Source of the DNA: Strigamia acuminata
Taxonomy: Eukaryota
NCBI GenBank assembly: GCA_949358305.1
Contig: OX442314.1
Coordinates: 25,668,001 to 25,732,000, forward strand
Length of the DNA: 64,000 bases
Reading direction: 5' to 3'
Shown: positions 23,955 through 34,425 of the stretch, one piece after another
How positions within the stretch are numbered: the stretch's first letter is position 1
How the letters are laid out: each line of letters begins with the position of its first letter
Notes under the pieces: model-generated
What the model saw: only the letters and a program-made list of their open reading frames with translations
What the model was told of the DNA's origin: nothing
Databases searched by the model: none
Position numbers and translations under genes: made by a program

Positions 23955-25868
23955 TGTATGACGGTTTACAATGGCTATAAATGCCTATTTTCTATCAAGA
24001 AAGCGCTGTTGCGCCAATATGATGGTATTTTTACAATATTCTGTGTAAAACTGATAAATGTCTAGAATAAAGTCATTTATGATGTTTCAAATACAAAGAT
24101 GTTCGTTTATTAAGAATAAACACTAATTTCCACATGATACTAAAGTATCACGGCATAATTACGAAGATTCGTCTGCTAAAACCCGCATTTGTCAATGCTC
24201 CATATTGCCACTAGATGGCGCGATCGCAATTAGCGATAAATTCGAATACGAACTTGAAAACCTCATGATTAAATATAAACGTATATTTAATCAAGTGAAT
24301 AAATTGTGTTAAATATTAATATAAATATATATTAAGTATCTGACATTGTTAAATACAATGTAACTTCCATTTCTGCGGGACAGAATGTTTAGCGATCAAT
24401 CGGTCAACCGATCAATCTGATTGGTGGAACCCATTTCCGGTCCTGGGTATCCAGTTCCGGTTGTAACAAGGATTAGCATAATTTGCATAAATGCTCCTCC
24501 GTATCCACTTCCGGTGATACGGGATTGGAGGGATTCGTGGAACCCATGTTCCAATTGGATGACTGGATTAATCCTTAAATCCAGTCAGGTTATATAAACC
24601 CAAACAATCGGCCATTCCGCAGCTCTGTTTGATTATTTCTGTTTGGTATTGTTACTTAAGAAGTATGATTCGTTGTTCACGTAAAAAACCTTTTGGTTCT
24701 TTGTTGATTTATTCGCAAAGAACCGTTGCATGATTCTACAGAATCATGCCACCGCCGGCAATTGAAGTCGAAGTGCTGGGATTATTATGTTGCATAAATG
24801 TTACAGTCTACGGTTGCGACGCCGAAGGAGAACCCGCCGTTGTGCAATTCAGTATCCTCCGGACAGGACCAAGTTGTCTTTTTCGGTATGAACGTATTCC
24901 GTTACCACGAGTAGCATCGGTATTGTTGAGAATCGGTTCCTTCACCTGATGGTGCCAAAGCAGTCTGTTTTACAGTAACCACGAGTAGCACCAAGTGTTT
25001 GGCAAGCTGATTCTCATGGTATTCGATGCCAAAGCAGTCGGTCTATTATTAGTACCGCGAGAGATAAAACTGCTGTGCGGAGCCGCGAGCTATCGACCCC
25101 TGTGTACGTGGTACCGTCAACCACTCGATGGACGACCGTGCTGCGACGCCGGGGACGCTTGATACCGTTCTGCATGGCAAGGCGTATATTCTAATCGATG
25201 GCAATTGTGTGTTGCGACGGGAAGCTTAATCTTCATTTTATTTATAACAGAAAAACTTAAACTCGACAACCAGTTGGACCAAAATCAAGTCAGAAGACTT
25301 AATCTCATATTGAACTCAATATAACCGATAAGTTGACGACAACTTATTCCCGAAATATCTAAATAAGAATTCACAACGATATGAATTAAATATAATTCAT
25401 AAGTGGAATATTGATAAGTAAATGAATACATTTACTTACACCAATATCCTCCCAAAGTTGTGGCGGTGCAGACAAAGTCAACCGCAATGCTCAGATCATT
25501 CGATTTATCGACGTGCGATAGTTTACACAGCGAACCAAGGAAACCAGCGAAGCCGTATCGGACTCCAGGACACAGCCATCCGGCTTAAGATGACATCTAC
25601 AATCAGGTCGAGCGATGGGGAAACCGCTCCCATATTCCAGACCCGTAGTGATATTATTCTAGGGCCAGTTGGCCAATTCTTTGTATAGTTTAATAGCTGA
25701 TTTAACTTGCCAAATGTCGGCATTAGTCCTATGTATAATTTAGCTCATCCATATTGTTTGCCAACAATAAACTGTCTTGTATTTATCTCGTATTGTATTC
25801 ACTGTTTATTTATTGCGATCTCTTCCCGGTACCATTGTTAAATGGGAGTTGTGGTCGTCACCGTCACA
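23955..25868 (+). repeat. LTR 2 (shared central LTR, 1914 bp)
   Basis: Preceded by PPT AAGGGGGA. TGTATGACGG...CCGTCACA imperfect inverted termini, followed by CG and PBS-Gln. Confidence 0.88.
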
Positions 25869-26710
25869 CGTGGAGGTCCCACCGAGATTAGGTTGCAATT
25901 AAATTCGATTGAATTGCAACAGTGAATATTGGAGATAAATATTTAACTAAAAGATTTAAGTTAAAAATAGACAGATTAAATTTTCAGTTTATATTTCCAT
26001 GTGAAGAAGTTAAACTGATGAAATAGAAATACGTAGTAGATTTTCCTTCATTATTTTCGTTTGAAGATTTTAGGGATTTCAAAGACTACCACCTAATCTC
26101 ACACGTGGAGGTCCCACCGAGATTAGGTTGCAATTAAATTCGATTGAATTGCAACAGTGAATATTGGAGATAAATATTTAACTAAAAGATTTAAGTTAAA
26201 AATAGACAGATTAAATTTTCAGTTTATATTTCCATGTGAAGAAGTTAAACTGATGAAATAGAAATACGTAGTAGATTTTCCTTCATTATTTTCGTTTGAA
26301 GATTTTAGGGATTTCAAAGACTACCACCTAATCTCACACGTGGAGGTCCCACCGAGATTAGGTTGCAATTAAATTCGATAGAATTGTAAAAGTGAATTTT
26401 GAGATAAATATTTAACTAAAAGATTTAGTTAAAAAACAGACAAGTTTCAAACCATGTTTATTTTCTTGAGAAACACCAAAACAGTCCTTTAACTAGGAAT
26501 TTCGGAAGTTATAGACCTATCACACGATCACTGAAATAGGTTGCAAATTAATTCGATCGAATTGCAAAAGCGAATCTTGAATCCGATATTAACTAAAAAA
26601 TTTTAGTTAAAACAGACAAATAGATTTTCAGTTTATATTTTCATGTGAAAAGTTAAACTGACGAAATGGAAACGTTTAGTGAACTCTCTTTACTATTTTC
26701 GTTCGACAAT
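25864..26710 (+). repeat. 235-bp PBS-bearing tandem repeat: three PBS copies plus one degenerate unit
   Basis: PBS at 25871, 26106 and 26341 (period 235). The extra unit explains the offset shift from 7514 to 7749. Confidence 0.92.
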
Positions 26711-29628
26711 TTAAGGAATACGAAGTATTTTAAATAAGAAATCAAAAAAGTTTCGAGTGAAATAAGAATACAGATATTTTTTTTCGAAGTTTGTTTTATT
26801 TCGAAAAGCTAAAAACATACAAGTTTAGAAGGCGGACTTCTTACGAATTTATCTTTCCACCTGAAAAGTTAAAACGAAGAAAACACCGCAACTATTTGGA
26901 AATATTTACAAGAAATTAAGTTTCTTGTAACTGTACGTCGACACCGATAGCCAGCGACCACGCGCCATAGCAATACGCGTCGATCTCCGTATCAAACGCA
27001 GCAGGGAAGCTACTCAAACCTTCAACGCAAGGTGCGAACGAATGCTTGGAAATTATGGCGGACAACAGATAAAAGACAGCGGAGAAATGTTACAGAAGGT
27101 TCGTAGAGATTTATTTAAGTGTCGCGAACTAATTTTTCCACTGCCATCGGTACCAAAGATAATTTAGTTGTTGGAGAAAAACAACACACTCCATTTCGCA
27201 GAAAAGATTTGCAAATCGAAATGAATATTACCTTTATTTGAAGGAATTAACTATTTTCACAAAAAGTACATTTTTTCCTTCGGGACAATGGAAATTAAGA
27301 AAATATAAAATGGCGGCGAATGAAGTTGCCGACCACGTAGAATAGTATTTTTTACATTGAAAGTTACGAATCACGATAAACGCTTTCCCTCGGAAAAGTA
27401 AAAGGATTTCATTCAATCTTTCCTTTCGGAAATTTAACAGTGTTTTAAGTTTCCAACGATATTTGGGTCTCCCAAATTTTGAGAATTTCTAAATGAAATT
27501 TAGCTGTTTGAAAAACAACGAATATTTTTAGTAATCTAATCGGACATTTTCCCACATGATTTCTTAAAACCGGAATAACAAATCCATTTGTGGCTATGAA
27601 CTTTGCCACATGAAATATTTACGGAGCGAATATTTTTTGATTGGATTGAAGCTTTAAAATCAGATAGCTGATTTAAACGAAGAAAATAAGTTTCAAAGTA
27701 ATTATTTTTCTTTCGGAAAAATCAAATAAATCACCGCTGATGAAAAGTTGTATTTTTCCATTCGAAAAAACTAAGAATTGCACAAGATTTATCTTCTATT
27801 TTGAACATAGATTTTATTCGGAAAAGGAAAGATTCTAGATACATTATTTTTCTCTAAAAATTAAGAATTTAGTCAATTTTCCTAAAGGTTAATGGAATGT
27901 CATCATATATTTCGTTCGTAATTTACGTGTTAAAGTTTAATCAGAAAAACGATTGAATATGTTTTATTTGCGATAAGTAAAAGAAAGGTTCTTTAAAAAT
28001 GGAATTTCGATGCAAATCCCACAGTAAAGGGAATGTTATGTGTGAGCAATTAACGAAAAGTTGGAATAACTTCATTTTATTTCATTCAAAAGTAGTTGTG
28101 AAAAATCAATTTCAAATATTTTTCAAAGAAAAATTATTTTTATCGGAAAAAAGTAATTTACATGTCCTCGCGCGGACCGAGTAGTAAACTGCTTAATTGT
28201 GACATCGATACTGTTATTGTGTCACGTGTTATACGGAATTCCAAACCAGTGAATTACGAATTTTGGCGCGATAGGAATAGAAGTTTGACAGTGAAAGTTC
28301 TCCAGATTTGCCTTTTCATTTGAAAAGTTCAAATTGAGGAAATGCTGCAGCAGATGAAGGTATTTACGACAATTGAGATTTAAATATTCTTTCATTCAAA
28401 AGATAAAAGATCTCTGCAAAAACATCTCGTTATTAGAGATAAGGGGGACGAAAATTATTAAAACGAATAATCAAAGACACGTCCTTCGTAAATATCGCAA
28501 AGGAATAACTAATTGTGAAAACAATTGTCCGCTCAGGAAAAGTGGAATTTAGCTAGATATTTTCTTTCGAAAAATCAAAGCAATTGTCATCAAAAAAGAA
28601 AGATTTGATGAATAATTTTTACCCAAAAGTCTAAAGGATTGTCGAATAGTTTTCTCCCGAAAAACAAGTACACATTTGTACCAATAACTTTATCGTTTAA
28701 AGTAAAATTTCGAATATTTTCTTTTGGAAGATTAGAGAATTAGATAATTTTTCTCGCAAAACAAATTTAAAGAATTTTAACGAATTTTTATTTGTTAAAA
28801 AAATTTGTTAAAAAAGGGGGAGATGGATGGTGAAAATTTATTTTTTTCACACTCGAAAAATGGAATTTAAACCCGAAAAAGTAAAGACTTGGTCAAATTA
28901 TTCTTCCTATTGGAAATGAATACACAATGTTGGGAATCGAAAATAGATTTCAATTACAAAGGAATGATTATTTGAACGATAATTGAATAAGAATAAGAAA
29001 AATTGAGAGTTTGAGAAAACTTTATTAAAGTTGTGGTTGTAACGATATCACACACTAACGGAATAATTAAAAGAAAAATATTTTTTGAAGAAAAGTTATT
29101 TAATTATTTGGATTGGTAAAAATCCCAAAGTTCAAGAAGATTGAAGTAAGTTTATTTTATTTTCATTTGAAAAATACAATATTTTACGAATGTCTTCCCG
29201 AAGGAATTTTATTTTATCGGTAAAATTGAATCTCGAAGGGAACGGACTTAGTAGAGAACTACTAAATAGATGTAACGTCCTTTATACCATTGGCCGACAC
29301 TAACATCCGCCAATCAGAAGTTGGGAGATCTAGGGATCCCCAGCCCCCTGCTATTAAAGGAGGACCAGATCAGATACTGATCATTCGCATCCAGACCAGA
29401 CCAGAAGACGTGTTCCAGAGTCATCTTGACCACGCCGTCCCGATTTCAGTCACGATTCGAATTTTGTGTGCCGTGTAACCTGCAAAAGCTAACACGTGTC
29501 AAACAAACGCGAAGTTTAATTTTATTTTGTCAAAAGTAAAGTTTAGAAGTGTTTCTTGTTGAAAAGTGTATTATATTCGTCTTCTTTATAAATTAAAGAA
29601 TTAAAATCGTCAGATTTTGAATTTTTTT

Positions 29629-31110
29629 ATGGCTCAAAAACCATTGAATATGATCGATCCAAAAGGAAATAATAAGCAGACAAACTTAAATTTAAGTTCT
29701 GTACCACTTGGCGATCAAACAGAAAAGATTCCCGATCATTTTACTCTGTATTGTAATCGTCATGGACTGGATAAAACCAAGTTTAAAAATATAATCGAAG
29801 CTTCAGACTATGTAAAAGCTAGGAACTGGCGAGATCGTACCCAATCTCAATCTTCACATCAAGATCCAGTACGGAATCCACAAACATACAGCCGAAACTT
29901 AGTGAATCAAGATTCTCATACTATGTTTCAAACATCCAGTAGGGGATCTAAGTTAGAAAAGTTTAAACCACCTAATTCGGTAGATAAGGGGGAAGAGAAT
30001 TATAAACCTAATAATTCTCGTCCAGAGAGTTCGTTAACTAACCAGTCGGTTGTTCAGAACAAATTAAAACTCGTTTACAATCGAGATCAGCTAATTTCAG
30101 TTCGATATGCTAATCCAGCTGAAGCACAACGATATGTGGCTAGCCTTAATCTGTCGATTAACCTACCGCTATCAAAAGAATTGGGAACCGTAAACAAAAG
30201 TTTTGGGCCACCAATATCAACGCAAAGGAAAGATATTCGGACTCCAAACAAACATTTGCAGTCAAATAACGTACAACAACGTGCCCGATCGCCGATCACA
30301 AACTCATGTTTGCGGACGTATGATTTGTCTACCAAGAAGAGTCCCCAGCCAAGACAATTCTACCTAACGCCCATTTCAAATCGAAAAAAGGTCAAGCAAA
30401 CTTTTCCCTTGAAAAAGTATTACCAACACGATAATGAGAATGATTTTAAACCTAAAAAAGAAAGTTTTTTGACTAACCCACGGGAGATCCGGTATCAATT
30501 CGAACAGTATTGTAAACAATACCAGTTAAATTCAGCTGAATTTAAAAATATAAACGAAGCGCAACAATTCGTATTTCGAAATCAATACCGTAACCAACGA
30601 CTAAAACCCGTCCCAGTCGTCAATCTGACGGAGATACAACAATTTGCGTCTGGAAAGCAACCCTGCAATATCCAGAATAATTCATCTCAACGAGAGGAAT
30701 TAAGAACTTCAAAAAAGCGTTTTCGGTCACCAAGTCCAGCTGGTGATGAAGAAACTTCAAGTACAAACCAACATGTTCAAAAACTGACTGAAAACCCAGG
30801 TTTCCAATCATCAGTTCCACGACTTAGAGTCAAATATAGATCCCCTCGTTTGTTGCGGGATTTCACAATTCCAAATATGGGTCCTTTCCACGTATGGTTT
30901 TCCAATGAGGGTCCCATTCATGTATGGTTTTCCAGAGATGACCTAAAACAAAAAGTTGGGTCGTCACGGTCATTTACACTGCCAAGTGAGTACACTGTGT
31001 GTAACTGCCCAAAGAAAAAACGTCGAAAGAAATCAGTACAGCAGGCTGAGAGATCTCGGAAATTTGCAAATATGCGAGCTCAATATTTAGCAAAGAATCA
31101 TGTTGATTAA
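29629..31110 (+). CDS. Second copy of the orphan 493-aa protein
   Basis: ATG at 29629. Differs from copy 1 by H/R, N/S, Q/E, E/K and a few synonymous changes. Confidence 0.75.
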   Translation: MAQKPLNMIDPKGNNKQTNLNLSSVPLGDQTEKIPDHFTLYCNRHGLDKTKFKNIIEASDYVKARNWRDRTQSQSSHQDPVRNPQTYSRNLVNQDSHTMFQTSSRGSKLEKFKPPNSVDKGEENYKPNNSRPESSLTNQSVVQNKLKLVYNRDQLISVRYANPAEAQRYVASLNLSINLPLSKELGTVNKSFGPPISTQRKDIRTPNKHLQSNNVQQRARSPITNSCLRTYDLSTKKSPQPRQFYLTPISNRKKVKQTFPLKKYYQHDNENDFKPKKESFLTNPREIRYQFEQYCKQYQLNSAEFKNINEAQQFVFRNQYRNQRLKPVPVVNLTEIQQFASGKQPCNIQNNSSQREELRTSKKRFRSPSPAGDEETSSTNQHVQKLTENPGFQSSVPRLRVKYRSPRLLRDFTIPNMGPFHVWFSNEGPIHVWFSRDDLKQKVGSSRSFTLPSEYTVCNCPKKKRRKKSVQQAERSRKFANMRAQYLAKNHVD

Positions 31111-32659
31111 CATGATATGATACACAAAGATTCCCCGATTATAGTGTAAACAGAAAATCCTCTTCTAAAAATCATGACCTCTCTTCTAAAGAAAAGGGGG
31201 ACAAAATATAAAAGTTAGAATTAACAAAATTTTGAAAAGTAATGCTACATTATTAAGACAACTAGTTTAATTAAATTAGTCAATTGTACAAAGAATACCA
31301 AGTGACTCCGGTCATGACAATTAAGGGGGACAATTATGATTTCTTAATTGTCAACTCTTATCATCTAAAAGCTATTTATTGTATATTTATAGCGATACAT
31401 CTGACTAGGCATATGAAATAAATATTTTGTGATAACACAAATGATGATTTTATGTATGACGAAAAAAGCTTAACTGGTTCGGGGCCGATGGAATGGTCCC
31501 GGAGGCTATTTAAGACGTAATCCTGAGGGGGGGTGTCAAATGCCTTTGACACATCAGTTTTAGCCAGATTGAGTGTGTTAGCTTGATCACATGAGTGAGT
31601 GATGTAAAGGTACAGGGAAACGAAACTTTAGCATTGAAGCATTATTGTGTCGTACTATAACATGTTATAGTTATGACTTGATTCGTCAACAGTTGTGCTC
31701 GCCAAGATTTTTTGAAAAATAGTGATTGTCTACCTCTTTACATAGCTCCATTACGCCTTTTTTTAAGGGCCTTGGAGACCCATACATCCAATTTAGAAAA
31801 GTTTCCTGGGATATAGACGGTCTCAAATCTGTTTTAGTTTTTAATTTTATCTCATTCTGTTTACAAGTTATGAGATATATTGTAAATTGTCACTTTTTGG
31901 AGTTTTTAATTTTTTTCTCTTTAACTATTCATTTTTTTCCAAAAAACTTTTAACGAAATGATAGCTCTAATAATCCTTTAAATCCTCCTAAAACCATTTT
32001 TACTTGTGAGAAATAGTTTCTGAGAAATTTCAAATATTAAAAGTTTCAAAAATAGGAATATGCCATTTTTTTGGCAAGGAGTTGTATATTTTTATAATAT
32101 AAAATTTTAATTTTAATTTTAATGTTTTTTTATATGGATTATAATTACGAACTAATTATAATTAAACTATAATGATCAAAGAATCAATAAATTGAAACTA
32201 TTAAAGCCAGATTGTAATTAGCGTTATTTGTGCCACGAAAATAATTCACCTGCATTAGAATTAAGTACAGTAATTAAAATATTCAGCTATAAATGTCGGT
32301 AGTCAAAAGTTGCGTGTCATTCAGTTCCATCTTGACAATTCATCATCAATGCTCCTGAATAACTTTGGTAAGCATAAATAGTCATGTCTAGTATTATTTT
32401 ATTTTAGGCCTACTCTGATTTCTTTTAAATTCTATTACTGCGTTAACTTTTTAGTGTAAAAAAACAAACCTTTGATACACGTTTTCAAAAGAGCGTACTT
32501 ACATCAGACTTTATTGATTTTTTGCATTAGAATTAGAAAGAGTCCAACAATCTCAAATTTTATTTTATTTTTTAAATTTAAAAACAAAAAAAGCAAAAAG
32601 TGACTGGTTAATAAAGCCGTTAGTTAGTTAGGACATAGAGTAAAGACAGTAAGAGCTGT

Positions 32660-34130
32660 CACTCTCTGTGGGGCCTTTGAAACATTTTACTCCGTTGGGA
32701 CATTCTGTTGACAAATTTCCTGGTTCGTGACACTTAAAACATTTCAGCTCGTTTGTACAATCCGCTCTTTGGTGTTTTTCCTCGCCACATTTGAAGCATT
32801 TCAATCCTGCGTCGTATCCTTTGCCAGTTGGCTTTGCTGCAAGCGTCTTCCCTTTCGTCTAGAATAACGCGCTTTTTATCCGATCTTCAACTTCTTGCAT
32901 CGTCTCGACTATCTCGCTGATGTGTTGGTATTTTTGAAAATACATCGGTGTCGCTGCTGTCTTAATTTTCAGTCTATATACAGTAACTCTTCGCATCTTT
33001 GATTGTCATTCCCAAGTTTTCGCATGTCGCCCATTTTCGTCGCAAATAAGTCTCGGCGGCTTCGTCGTTCGTTTGCCGTGCTTGTAATAAGCGTTCCCTA
33101 TCTTTATACGTAAGTTGTCGTTCTGGAAAGTTTTTCTTCAACTCATTCGCCCATTCGTCAAACTTCCGTATCGTCGTTCCTGTGTTATCGTGCCATACTT
33201 TCGCCGGTCTGTCTAATGCCGCTGCCGCTGTCGTCACTTTGGTCATGTTCGTCCACTTATAATTATAATCTTATGCGTATTCATGAACGTTTCCCAACCA
33301 TTGAGTCGTCGTACGTAGCTCGTTCCGGTCGCCCGAAAATCGTGGTAATTTTGGCGCGTTCTTGACTTCTTTCGGCTCTTTTTGCATCAGCTGTTTAAAG
33401 ATCGCCGCCATTTGTTCCGTACTAAACATCCCGTTCGCTGGTTGTCCGTTTACTGCGCGTCTTTCGACGTCGTTTTGTTCTTTGATCGATTCGTTATTGA
33501 CTTCTTCATCTTCTTCTTCATATTCTTCTTCGACTCCCATTTCCGCACGTAACGTTTGTTGCAACAGATACTGCATTTGAAACTTTAACTTCGGTGACAC
33601 AATATTACGCGCAAGTAATAGTGGCTTAATCTCTTTTACTCTCAACTTATTCCATTCAGCATCGGTTGAAAGTTCTCCACGTCGGATCTTTGCTACGATT
33701 GCTTCTCTTCCGGCCACCTCGTAATTCGGTTCAACCTTCTTAAAACACGTGTTTGTTCCAGCAAATCGTCTTCTTTAGATCTCTGAACGGTCCACTTGTT
33801 TTATCGTTGTCTCCGAACGTTTCCGTCACAAAAGCAATTGTCTTCTCGTTTTATACTTCAATCGTTTCGTCTACTTATTCGTCTTTAGTTCGCATGAATT
33901 TGTTGTATCCCACTTCTGATGTAAACTATCTTAAATCTAAGAGTAGCTGACTTGAAAATAACATAACATGCACGCTGCTTAGTTTAAATTCAAGATCTTT
34001 ATTCTAATTTCAACACGAAAAGAAACGCTCCTATTGGCTAATTACAAATACGTTATCAAGACCTTTTCGTCTCGATCCCTTTCTCGTTCTCGTGTTCGTT
34101 TCGTGTTTCTCGGAAACCCGAAAGTTCACA
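32660..34130 (-). mobile_element. Decayed mdg3-like Ty3/Gypsy remnant: LTR 33920-34130, PBS-Leu 33907-33919, interrupted gag
   Basis: gag-like fragments 33271-33717 (LPRFSG..QWL) and 32974-33246. Two zinc knuckles, CFKCGEEKHQRADC and CFKCHEPGNLSTEC, at about 32700-32800. In-frame stops; no pol. Confidence 0.8.
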
Positions 34131-34425
34131 GAATGCTAAAAACAATGACGGCTATTCGTTTCAGAATTTCATAAAGGGGTAAATAAATTTTTTTAAATAC
34201 TTTACGACCGCAAACATTCGATTGAATAGCATAAATAGTTTTTGCTTGAGTTTGTGATATTTCTCATTTTTCTCACAAAAAATAAATTCGTACAAAAATT
34301 AAACCAATGTAATTTTATAAGTTCAACCATCAACTATATCAGTTATTGATAAAATCATAAAAGCAATTACCGATAACACACAGCCTTAGGCAGCCAGACT
34401 ACAATATCTCACTGATGATATAAGA

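Larger units (their letters stand above)
16443..31464 (+). mobile_element. Tandem non-autonomous LTR element (LTR-internal-LTR-internal, 3' truncated), no gag/pol
   Basis: Unit repeats at offset 7514 to 7749. LTR, tRNA-Gln PBS and PPT lie in canonical order. The only long ORF is a 493-aa orphan. Confidence 0.85.

Noticed and set aside
18351..26710. CRISPR-like array (conserved repeat with intervening sequence)
   Set aside because: The sequences between repeats are copies of each other, not unique spacers. The context is eukaryotic, there are no cas genes, and the conserved core is a tRNA PBS.
31465..32660. Gene or intact element in the AT-rich spacer (75-aa ORF at 31726)
   Set aside because: Low-complexity ORF; no paired termini or TSD found.
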